Origin: an uncultured candidate division Zixibacteria bacterium
GTDB lineage: Bacteria > Zixibacteria > MSB-5A5 > GN15 > FEB-12
Assembly: GCA_963735035.1 (NCBI GenBank)
Contig: CAVTJJ010000004.1
Span: 416,001 to 480,000 of the forward strand
Direction: 5' to 3'
DNA length: 64,000 nt
Part shown: piece by piece, positions 11,272-21,847 of the stretch
Layout: every line of letters begins with the position of its first letter
How positions within the stretch are numbered: the first letter of the stretch is position 1
Made by a program: the position numbers and the translations under genes
Notes under the pieces: model-generated
What the model saw: only the letters and a program-made list of their open reading frames with translations
Database searches by the model: none
Told to the model about the DNA's origin: nothing

Positions 11272-13701
11272 GTGCAGTCATTGATTGAAATTATGAGAAG
11301 ACACATTCTTGCCTTTGTCTGTTTAATGAGCCTGATCCCGGTTCAACTTGTGGGACAGGTGGAACAACTATCGAGATCGACGAACAAAACACGGGAGATC
11401 GAGGGGACGGTCTTTGATGCTGATACGCAGAAGCCGATCGCGTTTGCTACGGTGCAGTCCGCCTCCGGAGAACGCTCGACCCTTACCAACGAGGAGGGGC
11501 GTTACCGGATACTGCTCCCGTTCGAACCGCAGAAACTCAAGTTCAGCCATATCGCCTACTATTCACAAACGTTTGACTTTGCCGGCGACAGCGTTGGAAC
11601 CGTTCTCGACGTGTTTCTCAAGACCAACATGGTCGATATCGGAACGTTCAAAGTATACAGTCGAGAATATGATCCGGCCCAGCAGATCATTGTTGAAGCC
11701 ATCCGGCGGAAGAAAGACATTCTCACCCGTATTCATGATTACACCTGCGACGCCTACACCAAGCTGGTGGTGGTCGATAAGGCCAAGAAGGACAGCTCCA
11801 AAATCTTCCTTCTGACCGAGAGTCAGGTGACAGCGTTCTGGGAACAACCGAATAAATACAAAGAGATCCTGGTGTCCCGGCGCCAGTCGGCCAACATGGA
11901 GGCGGAAAACAATCTGGTCACAATCGGCGAGATTCTGAATTTCAACCGGAATCGCATCGAATTGGGCGAGTACTCGATCGTTTCGCCGACCGCTGAGGAT
12001 GCCCTGGATCACTACAACTACTATTTGATAGACACGGTCTACATCGATTCCCTCGCCGTTTTCAAGCTTGAGATTGAGCCGAAGAACCCCGACGAGCCGT
12101 TGTTTCAGGGGTTCATTCAAATAGCCGATTCAACTTACGACGTGGTTGAGGTCGATGTGGGGTTCAGCCGCGGTGTTGACATACCGATGTTGAAATCGCC
12201 CCGCTACTCGCAGAAGCTTGCCTGTTTCCAGAACGAATACTGGATGCCCGTGGAGATTAGGTTCGGAGCTGATGTTGAGTTTGATGTCGCTATACCGGGC
12301 ATCCCGAAGAAACTCGACTTTTCGGTGGTGGCATCGCTGCACAGTTATCGTTTCGATCAGGGTCATCCGAAAGGAACGTTCGACGAGTTCGCGCTCGAGG
12401 TAGACCGCAACGCCGACAAGATTGACAGTGTCGCCTGGCACGCCCGCCAGACGATTCCGTTAACGGCCGAAGAGGTAGCGGGATACCGACGGATTGATTC
12501 GATCAAGCATCTGCCCGAATCGCCCGGCAAGATTGTCGCGAAAGGATTCGCGGCTGCGGCCTTCCTTCTATTGGTAGGGCAGCCGGATTTCTATCGGTTT
12601 AACCGGGTTGAAGGGCCTTATCTGGGTTTGGGATTCGAGACTGACAAATTGAGCGAGCGGCTGAAAGTTCGCGCCAAGACCGGCTATGCTTTCGACGCCA
12701 AAAGGTCCGAACATCAAATCGGCGCCACCTGGCGGTTGAATGAGCGCCGCCGGCTTGATTTCGGGTTCGATTACTACAATAAAGTGGTGCGTCGACCTAC
12801 TGTTGTGGCTGCGCCGAACTTCAACCCGACTTTCTTCGCCCTGGCAGACCGCTGGGATCCTCTGGATTATTACCGGGCCAAAGGGTTTGAGACGTTCGTA
12901 TCGACCAAGCTGGTTGGCCGTATAGGTCTGACTCTGACATACGGAGATTTCAAGCAGTACTCCATGCCGAAACGGTCAGACTTTGCATTAAGTAACTCGG
13001 ACGGTGAAGCTCGCACCAACCCGGCAATTGTTGACGGGACGATGCGCTCCGTGGGAGCCGCATTGATTTATGATTCACGGCGCATGTTCAAGAACAAAGG
13101 GCGTGAAGTGCGTATCGACGACGCTCAATTCCTGACCGTGACTACCGGGGTTGAGTATGCGTCACCAGATTTCATCAACAACGATTTCTACTTCAAGCGG
13201 TACTACGTCGATGTGCGCCGGCGTCAGAGAATATCTGGAATGGGTCTTACCTCGCTGATCCTGTTCGCGGGCGCATCCGACGGGAACCTTCCGCCTCAGA
13301 AATACTTCACAGTCGATTTCGGCAACGGGGTGCTGAACACGACCGACGGATTCGTTACGCTCAACGAGCATAATTTCAGCGGCAGTCGGGCGCTGGCTCT
13401 GCACGTCAGTCACAACTTCAAGCGCCGTCTATTTGTGGCGAGCGGACTGCCGTTGATCAAAGACATCCCTCTGTGGTTGAACGTACACGGGGGCGCTTTC
13501 TGGACCGATTTCCGCGATCATCCCGTTCGGTCGGGCGATGACCAAACGCTCACGGCCCTGTCGCCGTATCGAGAGATCGGGTTCGGTGTGGGTAATTTGA
13601 CGCCGTTTCTCATGCCATTCAATCTGGCGCTGTACTTTACCAGGCAGTTGTCCCATTACGACACGAGCGATTGGACGATTGGTGTGGGGATAGAGTTGTA
13701 G
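11272..13701 (+). CDS. Outer-membrane protein, carboxypeptidase-regulatory-like domain plus DUF5686-like barrel
   Basis: Signal peptide, IEGTVFDADTQKPIAFATV...TNEEGRY...FSHIAY, SPTAEDALDHYNYYL, RFNRVEG, amphipathic beta C-terminus. Confidence 0.75.
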   Translation: MQSLIEIMRRHILAFVCLMSLIPVQLVGQVEQLSRSTNKTREIEGTVFDADTQKPIAFATVQSASGERSTLTNEEGRYRILLPFEPQKLKFSHIAYYSQTFDFAGDSVGTVLDVFLKTNMVDIGTFKVYSREYDPAQQIIVEAIRRKKDILTRIHDYTCDAYTKLVVVDKAKKDSSKIFLLTESQVTAFWEQPNKYKEILVSRRQSANMEAENNLVTIGEILNFNRNRIELGEYSIVSPTAEDALDHYNYYLIDTVYIDSLAVFKLEIEPKNPDEPLFQGFIQIADSTYDVVEVDVGFSRGVDIPMLKSPRYSQKLACFQNEYWMPVEIRFGADVEFDVAIPGIPKKLDFSVVASLHSYRFDQGHPKGTFDEFALEVDRNADKIDSVAWHARQTIPLTAEEVAGYRRIDSIKHLPESPGKIVAKGFAAAAFLLLVGQPDFYRFNRVEGPYLGLGFETDKLSERLKVRAKTGYAFDAKRSEHQIGATWRLNERRRLDFGFDYYNKVVRRPTVVAAPNFNPTFFALADRWDPLDYYRAKGFETFVSTKLVGRIGLTLTYGDFKQYSMPKRSDFALSNSDGEARTNPAIVDGTMRSVGAALIYDSRRMFKNKGREVRIDDAQFLTVTTGVEYASPDFINNDFYFKRYYVDVRRRQRISGMGLTSLILFAGASDGNLPPQKYFTVDFGNGVLNTTDGFVTLNEHNFSGSRALALHVSHNFKRRLFVASGLPLIKDIPLWLNVHGGAFWTDFRDHPVRSGDDQTLTALSPYREIGFGVGNLTPFLMPFNLALYFTRQLSHYDTSDWTIGVGIEL

Positions 13702-13756
13702 ATATTGTCGGGCGGGTCCCTTGTGGTCCCGACCTACAAGACCGAGCGACTTGTTA

Positions 13757-14400
13757 AGAAATCGACGGCCGCCAGGCCGTCACCCCCGAGGCGTCGGGGG
13801 CCCATGGGCTGTCGGGGCGGGAAGTGAAACGGCAGAGACAAGAGCGGAACCGATCGACCGACAAACCCCACAGTGAACTCTTCCACTGTTGCAGGCGCGA
13901 GTGGTCATGGGTGCCCGACCAAGTCGGGCATGACGGGCCTTACGGCCCGTGTACTTAGAAATCGACGGCTGCCAGGCCGTCACCCCCGAGGCGTCGGGGG
14001 TCTATGGGCTGTCGGGGCGGGAAGTGAAACGGCGGTGACAAGAGGGGAACCGATCGAGCGACAAACCCCACATTGAACTCTTCCACTTTTTGCAAGCGCG
14101 AATGGTCATGGGTGCCCGACCAAGTCGGGCATGACGGGCCTAACGGCCCGTGTACTTAGAAATCGACGGCTGCCAGGCCGTCACCCCCGAGGCGTCGGGG
14201 GCCCATGGGCTGTCGCACTGGAAAGGGAAGAGACGTGATCAAGAGAACTGATTTCTGCCTGTCCTTGTAAGGCGGGTTCGTCTGCGAGCCCCCCATTCTC
14301 AGCATTCCGATCTGGCCACTGACTCTCAAGTGAACGATTCACATTCTGCGGTCGCGAGTGGCCATGGGTGCCCGACCAAGTCGGGCATGACGGGGCTGGG
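13757..14400 (-). repeat. Second array of the 200-bp composite REP unit, reverse orientation, diverged interior
   Basis: AGAAATCGACGG at 13757, 13957 and 14158. Same two palindromes as 864-1435. The third unit has an unrelated interior (about 14215-14350). Confidence 0.9.
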
Positions 14401-14484
14401 TGCCCCGCTTCAATTCCCACCAGTTGGGTGGGGTACCCGACGTCTATAAGAAGGGGGCAGACCGGAAGGTCTGCCCACCACGTG

Positions 14485-15774
14485 CTAGTTAAGTTTCTTT
14501 GCGCTGTATTTCCGGAATAGCTCCTTGTGGCGGTCATCGAGATCGACCACCCGGCCGTCGATGAACATGTGCGTCACCCGCATCGTCAGGAAATCCATGA
14601 TGTCGCCGTCGGAGACAATAATCGTTGCCTGCTTGCCGATCTGAAGCGAACCGATCTTGTCGGCCACTCCCATTACTTCAGCCGGAGTGAGCGTTATGCT
14701 GCGGAGCGCCATATCTGCCGGAAGACCAAACGCCACGGCCTGGCCCGCGCTCGACGCCAGGTTGCGCACACCCGACGCCCCGCCCGCAGCCAGAACGAAC
14801 GTTACGCCGGCATCGTGAAGCATTTTCGGGACGACATACGCCTGATCGTAGGCTTCATCATCGCGTGCCGGCATGCCCTGTTCGTCGAAGTAGATGACCG
14901 GAATGTTGTTGGTCTTCAACAGGTCGGTGACTTTCCAGGCGTCTTCGCCGCCCACCAGAATCATACGAAGGCCACGCTCACGGCTGAATGCCACTGCTTG
15001 TTCAATTTGGCGGACGTCCGACGCGCTTATATACACGGGAAGCTGTCCCGACAGATACGGCAGCATCGCTTCCCAGCGCGAATCGACTTTGGTCCTGGGA
15101 TCGGCCGCCTTGGCCAATCGATAGGCCTGGGCATCGTCGAAGGCTTGTCGCAATTCTTTCAGGTTCTTCTCCGCTGCGTCTTTGCCTCTATCGGGCCTTT
15201 CCCAGTCACGTCGCGAACCCGATGAGCCCACGCGCGGCCAGACTACATGCAGGCCAGTCTCCAATTTGACCGCGGCATCTTCTTTCGTCCAGGCGTCCAT
15301 GCTCAGAAGACAGGAGCGGCCGCATATCAGCGAACCGTCCGGAACGATCTGCGCGTAGGCGATCCCGTTGGAGCGGTCAGTAGGGATGATCTCCGAATCC
15401 GGATTATACGCCATGTGCGATTGAACGTCGGGGTTGATCCGGCCGACCTCGTTCTGATCGTTAGTCGCGCGGACGGCCCCGATCTCGGTCAGACCGATTG
15501 TGGTCCCCATAGCAATCAGGCCAGGATAGACCCGTTTGCCGGATACGTCGATCACCAACGCGTCGAGCGGAGACGTGATATTCGGGGCGATCTGTGTAAT
15601 GACGCCCTTATCAAACAGTACATCCGTACCGGGTTTGACTCCGTCCGAGATTGTGTAGACATCTCCACCCTTCAGAAGGATCGGCCGGGACTGTCTTGAG
15701 CCGGGGATGTAATCGTGCGCCAGGACCGATCCGACGGTCAGCGCTATCAACAGTGTCACAATGAGCGTTTTCAT
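14485..15774 (-). CDS. Secreted amidohydrolase-family protein
   Basis: Signal peptide, VIDVSGKRVYPGLI, ITLTPAEVMGVADKIGSLQIGKQATIIVSDGD. Confidence 0.85.
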   Translation of the reverse strand: MKTLIVTLLIALTVGSVLAHDYIPGSRQSRPILLKGGDVYTISDGVKPGTDVLFDKGVITQIAPNITSPLDALVIDVSGKRVYPGLIAMGTTIGLTEIGAVRATNDQNEVGRINPDVQSHMAYNPDSEIIPTDRSNGIAYAQIVPDGSLICGRSCLLSMDAWTKEDAAVKLETGLHVVWPRVGSSGSRRDWERPDRGKDAAEKNLKELRQAFDDAQAYRLAKAADPRTKVDSRWEAMLPYLSGQLPVYISASDVRQIEQAVAFSRERGLRMILVGGEDAWKVTDLLKTNNIPVIYFDEQGMPARDDEAYDQAYVVPKMLHDAGVTFVLAAGGASGVRNLASSAGQAVAFGLPADMALRSITLTPAEVMGVADKIGSLQIGKQATIIVSDGDIMDFLTMRVTHMFIDGRVVDLDDRHKELFRKYSAKKLN

Positions 15775-18700
15775 AGGCCGGCTCCTTTCCCCGATTCAGG
15801 CATGCCGCCGCTGTCCTCGCCGCCCCGTCCCCATCGTCTTTCCGGCTGAGCCATGACTTTCTGAATCAGCGTATTTCTCTCGGTCGCTAGTTCTGAGCGG
15901 AGACGAAGATCGTCGGTAATGTCGAAATACTTGCGACCGTCGATCCAGGTCTGCTCGGGATGCGAGTAGACCGACAACGGATTACCCGACCAGATGGCGA
16001 AATCGGCGTCTTTGCCGACCTTCAGGCTGCCGATGTATTTGTCAGCCTGAATCTGGATCGCCGGATTGATCGTCACCATCTTGAGTGCTTCTTCCTGGCT
16101 CATTCCCGTATACATGACTGACTTGGCAGCCGCCTGATTGAGTAGCCTTTGCAGTTGGGGACTGTCGGAGTTGATGGATGTCACTACCCCGCGCTGAGTC
16201 ATCAGACCCGGATTCTGCGGGATGGCGTCGTAGACTTCGAACTTGTACGCCCACCAGTCGGGCGCGGAACCGCCGCCGGCGCCGTGCCGCGCCATTTCAT
16301 CGGCGACTTTGTAACCTTCCAGAATGTGATCGAAAGTCTTCACGCGAATACCAAACTGTTCGGCCAATCTCATCATCATAAGAATTTCCGACTGAACATA
16401 AGCGTGGCAGGTGATGAACATCTTTGAGTTCAATACCTGGACCAGCGCTTCGAGCCTGAGGTTACGCCGAGGCGGGACGGTCTTTTCGCGCTGTTTGGCA
16501 CCAAGAGCGTTGTACGTCGCCAGATCGGCTTCGTATTCGCGGGCGGTCTGGAAGGCGTCTCTTATGATTGTCTCCACACCCATGCGGGTCTGTGGATAGC
16601 GAATCGAAAATTGTTCGCCCCAGCCGCTCTGTTTGACATTCTCGCCGAGCGCGAATTTGATCGATGGCACGGCGTTGGCGAACTTTGAGTTCTTCGGCCG
16701 ACGCACCCCAGCGGAGCTTGATGATCTCAGCCTGTCCGCCGATCGGATTGGCTGAGCCATGCACGAGCCGGGTGGCCGTCACACCGCCGGCCAGTGAACG
16801 ATAGATGTTAATGTCATCCGGGTCGATCACGTCACTGATGCGAACTTCGGATGAAATGGCATCAGTGCCTTCGTTGACATCGCCCGCTATGCACATGTGG
16901 GAGTGTTCATCTATGACACCTGGGGCGAGATGCTTGCCGGTGGCGTCGATTACTACACATCCCGCCGGGGCAGCGAGATTACGGCCGATCGCTTCAATGC
17001 GACCGCCCTTGATCACCATGTCGGCATTCTGGAGTATGCCGGCGCTGTCGCAGGTCCAGATCGTGGCATTCTTTATAATGACGGTCGATTGTACTGGGCG
17101 TTGCTTCAACTCCAAACGCCATGTCGGGGTAAGTTACTCGAGCCGTGGCTACATCCGGTTCACTGCCTATCTGCCACCGCGACGGTGGCCGTGGTCGGTC
17201 GCAGTCGTGTCTCCCGAAAGTTCAGGTGTGGCCGTCCAGGATTCAGCATGGCCGTCGGCAAACAGGATCTGTCCCACGAGCTTACCCGCATCTGTAGATA
17301 GAGCGAATCGGGCGACACCTTTGGCGCCGAGAGTGTCGAGCTCCGCCGTGAAGCTGAGTTGGTTACGATTGAATTCGACATGCGCGAGTTCGATTTCGAT
17401 GCTGTCGGCGGTTATGCTACCGCTCACGCGACGGCGTCCTTCGCGGCGACCATCGTCGAGTCGGAGTTGGACCTTGCGGCCCAGCAATTCGGCCGAGAAG
17501 CGGCCATCAAACTTCTTTTCATCAAGCGGGATGAACTCGTTCTTGTGTCCGTGCGTATAGACCGCGCAGACGTTGGTATTTTCCTCAAAGATGTTCCCAT
17601 CACAGACTACAAAATCAGCCAGCTTGCCCGGCTGGATAGTGCCGACCAGATCATCGACGCCGCTTATAGATGCAGGAACGGTAGTAAGAGCAGCCAGTGC
17701 CGTTTGCTCAGTTAGACCTCGCTTGACCGCTTTCCTTACATTCTCGAGAAACTTGTCGGTTCGTTTGAGACGGAAGGTTGTAAACGCGAACGTGACACCC
17801 TTCTGTTCCAGCAGGACAGGATTCGATGGGGCCAGGTCCCACCGCCTGAGATCGGTTATGGAAACATCAAGGTCCTGATTCGGGATCGTCACTTCGGGCG
17901 GTTCGGGAAAGGCCACCGGCACGATCAAAGTCCGACCGGTGGCTTTGACCAGGTCGAGTCGTTCAAATTCGTTTCCTGAAGCAACCACGACCGGGTTGAA
18001 ACCGAACTCACGCGCGAGGCGGTCAACACGAAAGATGGCATGGAGATCAGGCACGTCGAAAATGACGGTCTCGCGAACTACCCCCTGCAACCCTTCGAGT
18101 GCAAGGTTGACTTCCGGTTCCGGCTGATTCGAATCGAGACGAATCGCCTGATGGGCCTTCTGATACCAGTCCGTGTCAAACAGAGTCTGGCGGATCAGCG
18201 CGATGGCTCCCATCTGTGATTCCGGATATTGCTGGACGGAACTGCCCTTATCAAATGACAGGAAATGCCAGGAGCGAGACCGGATCACCAGGTCATTGGG
18301 GAGGCCGTCTCCGAGCGAAGTCACAAAGCCGCGTCCACGGAAAATCCCGTCGAGACGCGCCGATTGAGCGGTGGTAAAGCCCAACTGTCTGAGATCTTTT
18401 GCTTTGTCAGCATCGGGCTGGAATTGATCGACCCAGACTTCCTCGGCATGAATGGACCCGTTCCAGGCGTTGCAGCCGATACGAGTCGCCTCATAGATGG
18501 GCGCTTCGTTCCGCCTTCGTCGGGGCGAAGCCGAGTCGGACGGCAGGCCGTAGTCGCTGTACGGTTCGATGAAACCGGGGTAGATCGTTTTCCCCTCGAG
18601 ATTGATCACGGTGGCGCCGCTCGGAACCGCAACCTTGCGGCCGACCGCGATAATCTTACCCCGATCGATCACGAGCGTGGCGGAATCGACGGTTTCCGTC

Positions 18701-18837
18701 GGCGACGTGTGTATCCGGGCGTTGATAAACGCCTGAAGATCGGGAGTTTTGCTTGTTATGCCCAGAGGAGGGGTGGTCTGGGCCGTCAGGCCGCTGACAA
18801 GCAGCAGCCCGCACAGGGCGCACAGTAGTATCCTCAT
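15771..18837 (-). CDS. Large two-domain secreted amidohydrolase, split by apparent +1 frameshifts
   Basis: ORF pieces 17167-18837 (MRILLCAL, IYPGFIE), 16462-17115 (PGVIDEHSH, HGSANPIGG) and 15771-16760 (KFALGENVK, INSDS, GSLKVGKDADF) join into one gene. Shifts near 17110-17200 and 16690. Confidence 0.8.
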
Positions 18838-18926
18838 GAAACCATATATATAGCATTTCATACCGTGACGCAATGATTGACAAGCCGGGTCCTTGAAGGC
18901 CCCAAACGAGAAGATACCCCTTTTGT

Positions 18927-19035
18927 GGCTGGTGGACGTCCCCACATACGCGGGTCTCCTAGTAGTGGCTGGTGGACGTCCCCGTCCACCAGCATGGTAA
19001 GCCAGTTGGCGGACCGGGAGGTCCGCCAACCACGG
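18927..19035. repeat. REP-like palindromes
   Basis: GTGGCTGGTGGACGTCCCC twice and TTGGCGGACCGGGAGGTCCGCCAACCACG. Confidence 0.65.
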
Positions 19036-19154
19036 TAATTCCCGCTCATGAGGTCGCCTAAACTTGGCGGACAACCTTCCGATAATCCGAAGACAAGGGG
19101 AATAGTCTGACCGGTCGTTTAAGATCGGCCTAAACATAACGAGGACAAGGCACA

Positions 19155-20384
19155 ATGTATACTCAGCAGACGTCGCGGATGGCTTCCGGCATGATCTACG
19201 CAGGCACCTTTCTGGTCGCAGTGCTATCATTCTTTACGACCTATCAAGGCCTCACAATCTTTCTGGACAAATGGCTGGCTTTGATCGGCTCGCTGGGCCT
19301 CCAGACCGCCATGCTCGGAATCGCGTGGAGTTTGATGCGGGTGCGGAAGAATCGTCTGAGCTATGTATTCGTCTTCTGTGCCGTGGCGGCCTTCTCGATG
19401 TTCTTCTCGTACGCCAATTTCAACAACCGCCTGAAAGGTGAACTACGGGCTCAGGAAGCCCGCGCGTCGTATGCCGATTCGGCTCGTCCGGTCTTGCGCG
19501 ACTACGCCGCCTTGGCCAAGAAAGCGGTCAATCACGGTGAATACCAGGTCCAGCGCCTGAATGCGCTTCTGGCGATGGAAGAAAGCAAGGGATGGGCGAC
19601 AGTCATCGACGAAGGCTCCAACGATCCGCTGCTGCAATCGGTCATTGACGGTGCCCGGCGGACGGTCGAATCATGGAACAAGAATCAGGGAGAGACGTAC
19701 CAGCAGGGTTCCGGTCGCGGAATCATCCTGGATTATCTGCGCAACTGGGAAACCCAGGTCGGTAATCAAGTAAGTGCGATGAAAGAATATACCACCGTGA
19801 TAGACTCGATGTCGCTCCGTCTTGGTTCCGAAGTTCCCGTGGCGACTCAATACGAAATGGTTAACTGGGCGGCGGTGAATTTCCCCCAGAGCGAGTTTCG
19901 CATGATCCTGGCGGTCGAGCCGACTCTGTCCGAGCCGCCGTTTACGTCGGCGTATGTCGAGACCCCGGCCAACGGCCAGCAGGCGCTGAGCCTGGTGATC
20001 GGTGACATGGCGCATCCGGATAAGCTGACGTCATTCTCGATCATATTCGCGGTGGTCATAGATCTGATGGTATTGATCATGGCGTTGTGTGGATCACGCG
20101 CTGCGGGCGGAATCGATGAGATCTTCACGAAGTTTGAGCAGGATGCGAGTCAACGGTTGAAGAAGATGTCTACTGATGATCCCCGCGAGTTCACCGAATC
20201 GATGCGTCAGAACATCGAATGGTTGCGCCAGGCGGGCGAGTACAGCAAGAATCTTGAAGAAGCGCTGAAGGAGTTTCAGCACACGAAGGACCGGATCACG
20301 TTGATTCGCGGCGAAGAGAAACCGGAGACGCGCGCGGTGACCGCTCAGCCCGGCACTTCCGAAAGGAAACGGATCGTAATCTGA
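19155..20384 (+). CDS. Hypothetical membrane protein (3 N-terminal TMs, helical extracytoplasmic region, one further TM)
   Basis: 409-aa ORF with GAGG RBS and hydrophobic segments. Confidence 0.75.
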   Translation: MYTQQTSRMASGMIYAGTFLVAVLSFFTTYQGLTIFLDKWLALIGSLGLQTAMLGIAWSLMRVRKNRLSYVFVFCAVAAFSMFFSYANFNNRLKGELRAQEARASYADSARPVLRDYAALAKKAVNHGEYQVQRLNALLAMEESKGWATVIDEGSNDPLLQSVIDGARRTVESWNKNQGETYQQGSGRGIILDYLRNWETQVGNQVSAMKEYTTVIDSMSLRLGSEVPVATQYEMVNWAAVNFPQSEFRMILAVEPTLSEPPFTSAYVETPANGQQALSLVIGDMAHPDKLTSFSIIFAVVIDLMVLIMALCGSRAAGGIDEIFTKFEQDASQRLKKMSTDDPREFTESMRQNIEWLRQAGEYSKNLEEALKEFQHTKDRITLIRGEEKPETRAVTAQPGTSERKRIVI

Positions 20385-20530
20385 TTCATGGTACCCCACC
20401 CAGCCGGTGGGGTTTTCATATACAGCAATAAGATCTCGGCACCCCACCCAACAGGGGGGGGCTTCAGTCCTAATTCTTGCAACTCCGGCGCAACGTCGCC
20501 CGTATAGTCCAGATATCAGGAGGAAGCGCT

Positions 20531-21460
20531 ATGATCCGTTCAATGTCAATACTTACCGTTATAGTCGCATTTATGGGTACAGCGTCTGTTGCTGATGACG
20601 CCGCGACCCCGCCGGTTCTTATAGGCGAATATATGGGACAGAAGCCGCCTGGCACGACCCCGGAGTTCTTCGCCGAAGGGTTTGTCAACACGCCCATGGA
20701 TATGCACGGCCAGATCGTGTTCACACCTGATCTTAAGGAGGCCTTTTGGCACCCGGACCGGCCGAAAGGGCTGTACTTCTCAAAAATGGAAGACGAAGTA
20801 TGGACCGCGCCCGCCGAGATCTCCTTCGTGGAAGGATTGATGCATGATGCTCCGTGCTATTCAGTCGACGGCAACAAGCTATTCTTCGCGGCGGCGGTCA
20901 TTGGAGCGTCCGGTATGACCGAAAGCGACAGATTTTATCATGTCGAGAGGGCAGGCGGCGGTTGGTCCAAGGCACGACCTGTCGACTCCGTGTTCGACGC
21001 TTTTTCACTACACTGGCAGTTCTCGGTTGCCGCCGACGGCAGCATTTATTTTGGAGGCAATCCCAAGGGTACCGAGGGACGCTCGGACATCTGGATATCC
21101 CGATATGAGAATGACCATTATGCTGTGCCGGTCAAGCTGCCGAAGACGGTTGCCTCGGAAGAAGGCGAATTCTCGCCCTGCATTGCTCCGGACGGGAGCT
21201 ATCTGGTTTTCAATCGGATTGCCTTCAAGCCAGGAGGGCCGCCCAGCATGTCACTCTACGTCAGCTTCAAGACCTCCGGTGGCTCCTGGACCGAGTCTTA
21301 CTGTCTGGACACTCTTTTGCAGGGGAAAGGGAATGATCTGAACGCGAAGGTATCACCCGATGGTAAGTATCTGTTCTTCATTCGACGGGGAGGCGCCAAG
21401 AGTGGGACATATTGGGTGAGTACTTCGGTGCTTGATGCTCTGCGGCCGGGCGGGAAGTGA
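20531..21460 (+). CDS. Secreted PD40/TolB-like beta-propeller protein
   Basis: YMGQKPPGTTPEFFAEG, FTPDLKE, SPCIAPDGSYLVF, VSPDGKYLFF. ATG 20531 follows AGGAGG. Confidence 0.82.
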   Translation: MIRSMSILTVIVAFMGTASVADDAATPPVLIGEYMGQKPPGTTPEFFAEGFVNTPMDMHGQIVFTPDLKEAFWHPDRPKGLYFSKMEDEVWTAPAEISFVEGLMHDAPCYSVDGNKLFFAAAVIGASGMTESDRFYHVERAGGGWSKARPVDSVFDAFSLHWQFSVAADGSIYFGGNPKGTEGRSDIWISRYENDHYAVPVKLPKTVASEEGEFSPCIAPDGSYLVFNRIAFKPGGPPSMSLYVSFKTSGGSWTESYCLDTLLQGKGNDLNAKVSPDGKYLFFIRRGGAKSGTYWVSTSVLDALRPGGK

Positions 21461-21479
21461 GTCGGGCGTTCTGTCTGGG

Positions 21480-21660
21480 TCGGCAGGGTTGGAACCCTGC
21501 CGATCAAAGAAGCAGGCTGTCTTCGAATCCCTGAGCCTGTCGAAGGGTGTGGCATCCTTAAGTCAGGCTTCGACCCTTCGACTAGCTCAGGGCTCAGCAT
21601 GACTTGTTGGTGGGTAGTGGAGTGCTTATCACCATTCCGTGGTTGGTGGACGTCCAGCAC
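21480..21660. repeat. REP-like palindromes
   Basis: CGGCAGGGTTGGAACCCTGCCGATC (also at about 33365, 34142, 35312) and CCCTGAGCCTGTCGAAGGG...CCCTTCGACTAGCTCAGGG. Confidence 0.7.
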
Positions 21661-21847
21661 GTACAGATTAAATGTGTAGACACTCGCCCGATGTGACAAG
21701 ACAATCCCCTGGTGGATGTTCAATGTGTATCGTCACTGCAGAAAGTTCTTGACCAAGAAATCTACTGTTCATATATTATTGCCACTGGACAGTGGTTCAT
21801 CAATTACATACCTACAGGGTCCATCGGGGCCAGAGGCATACTATATA

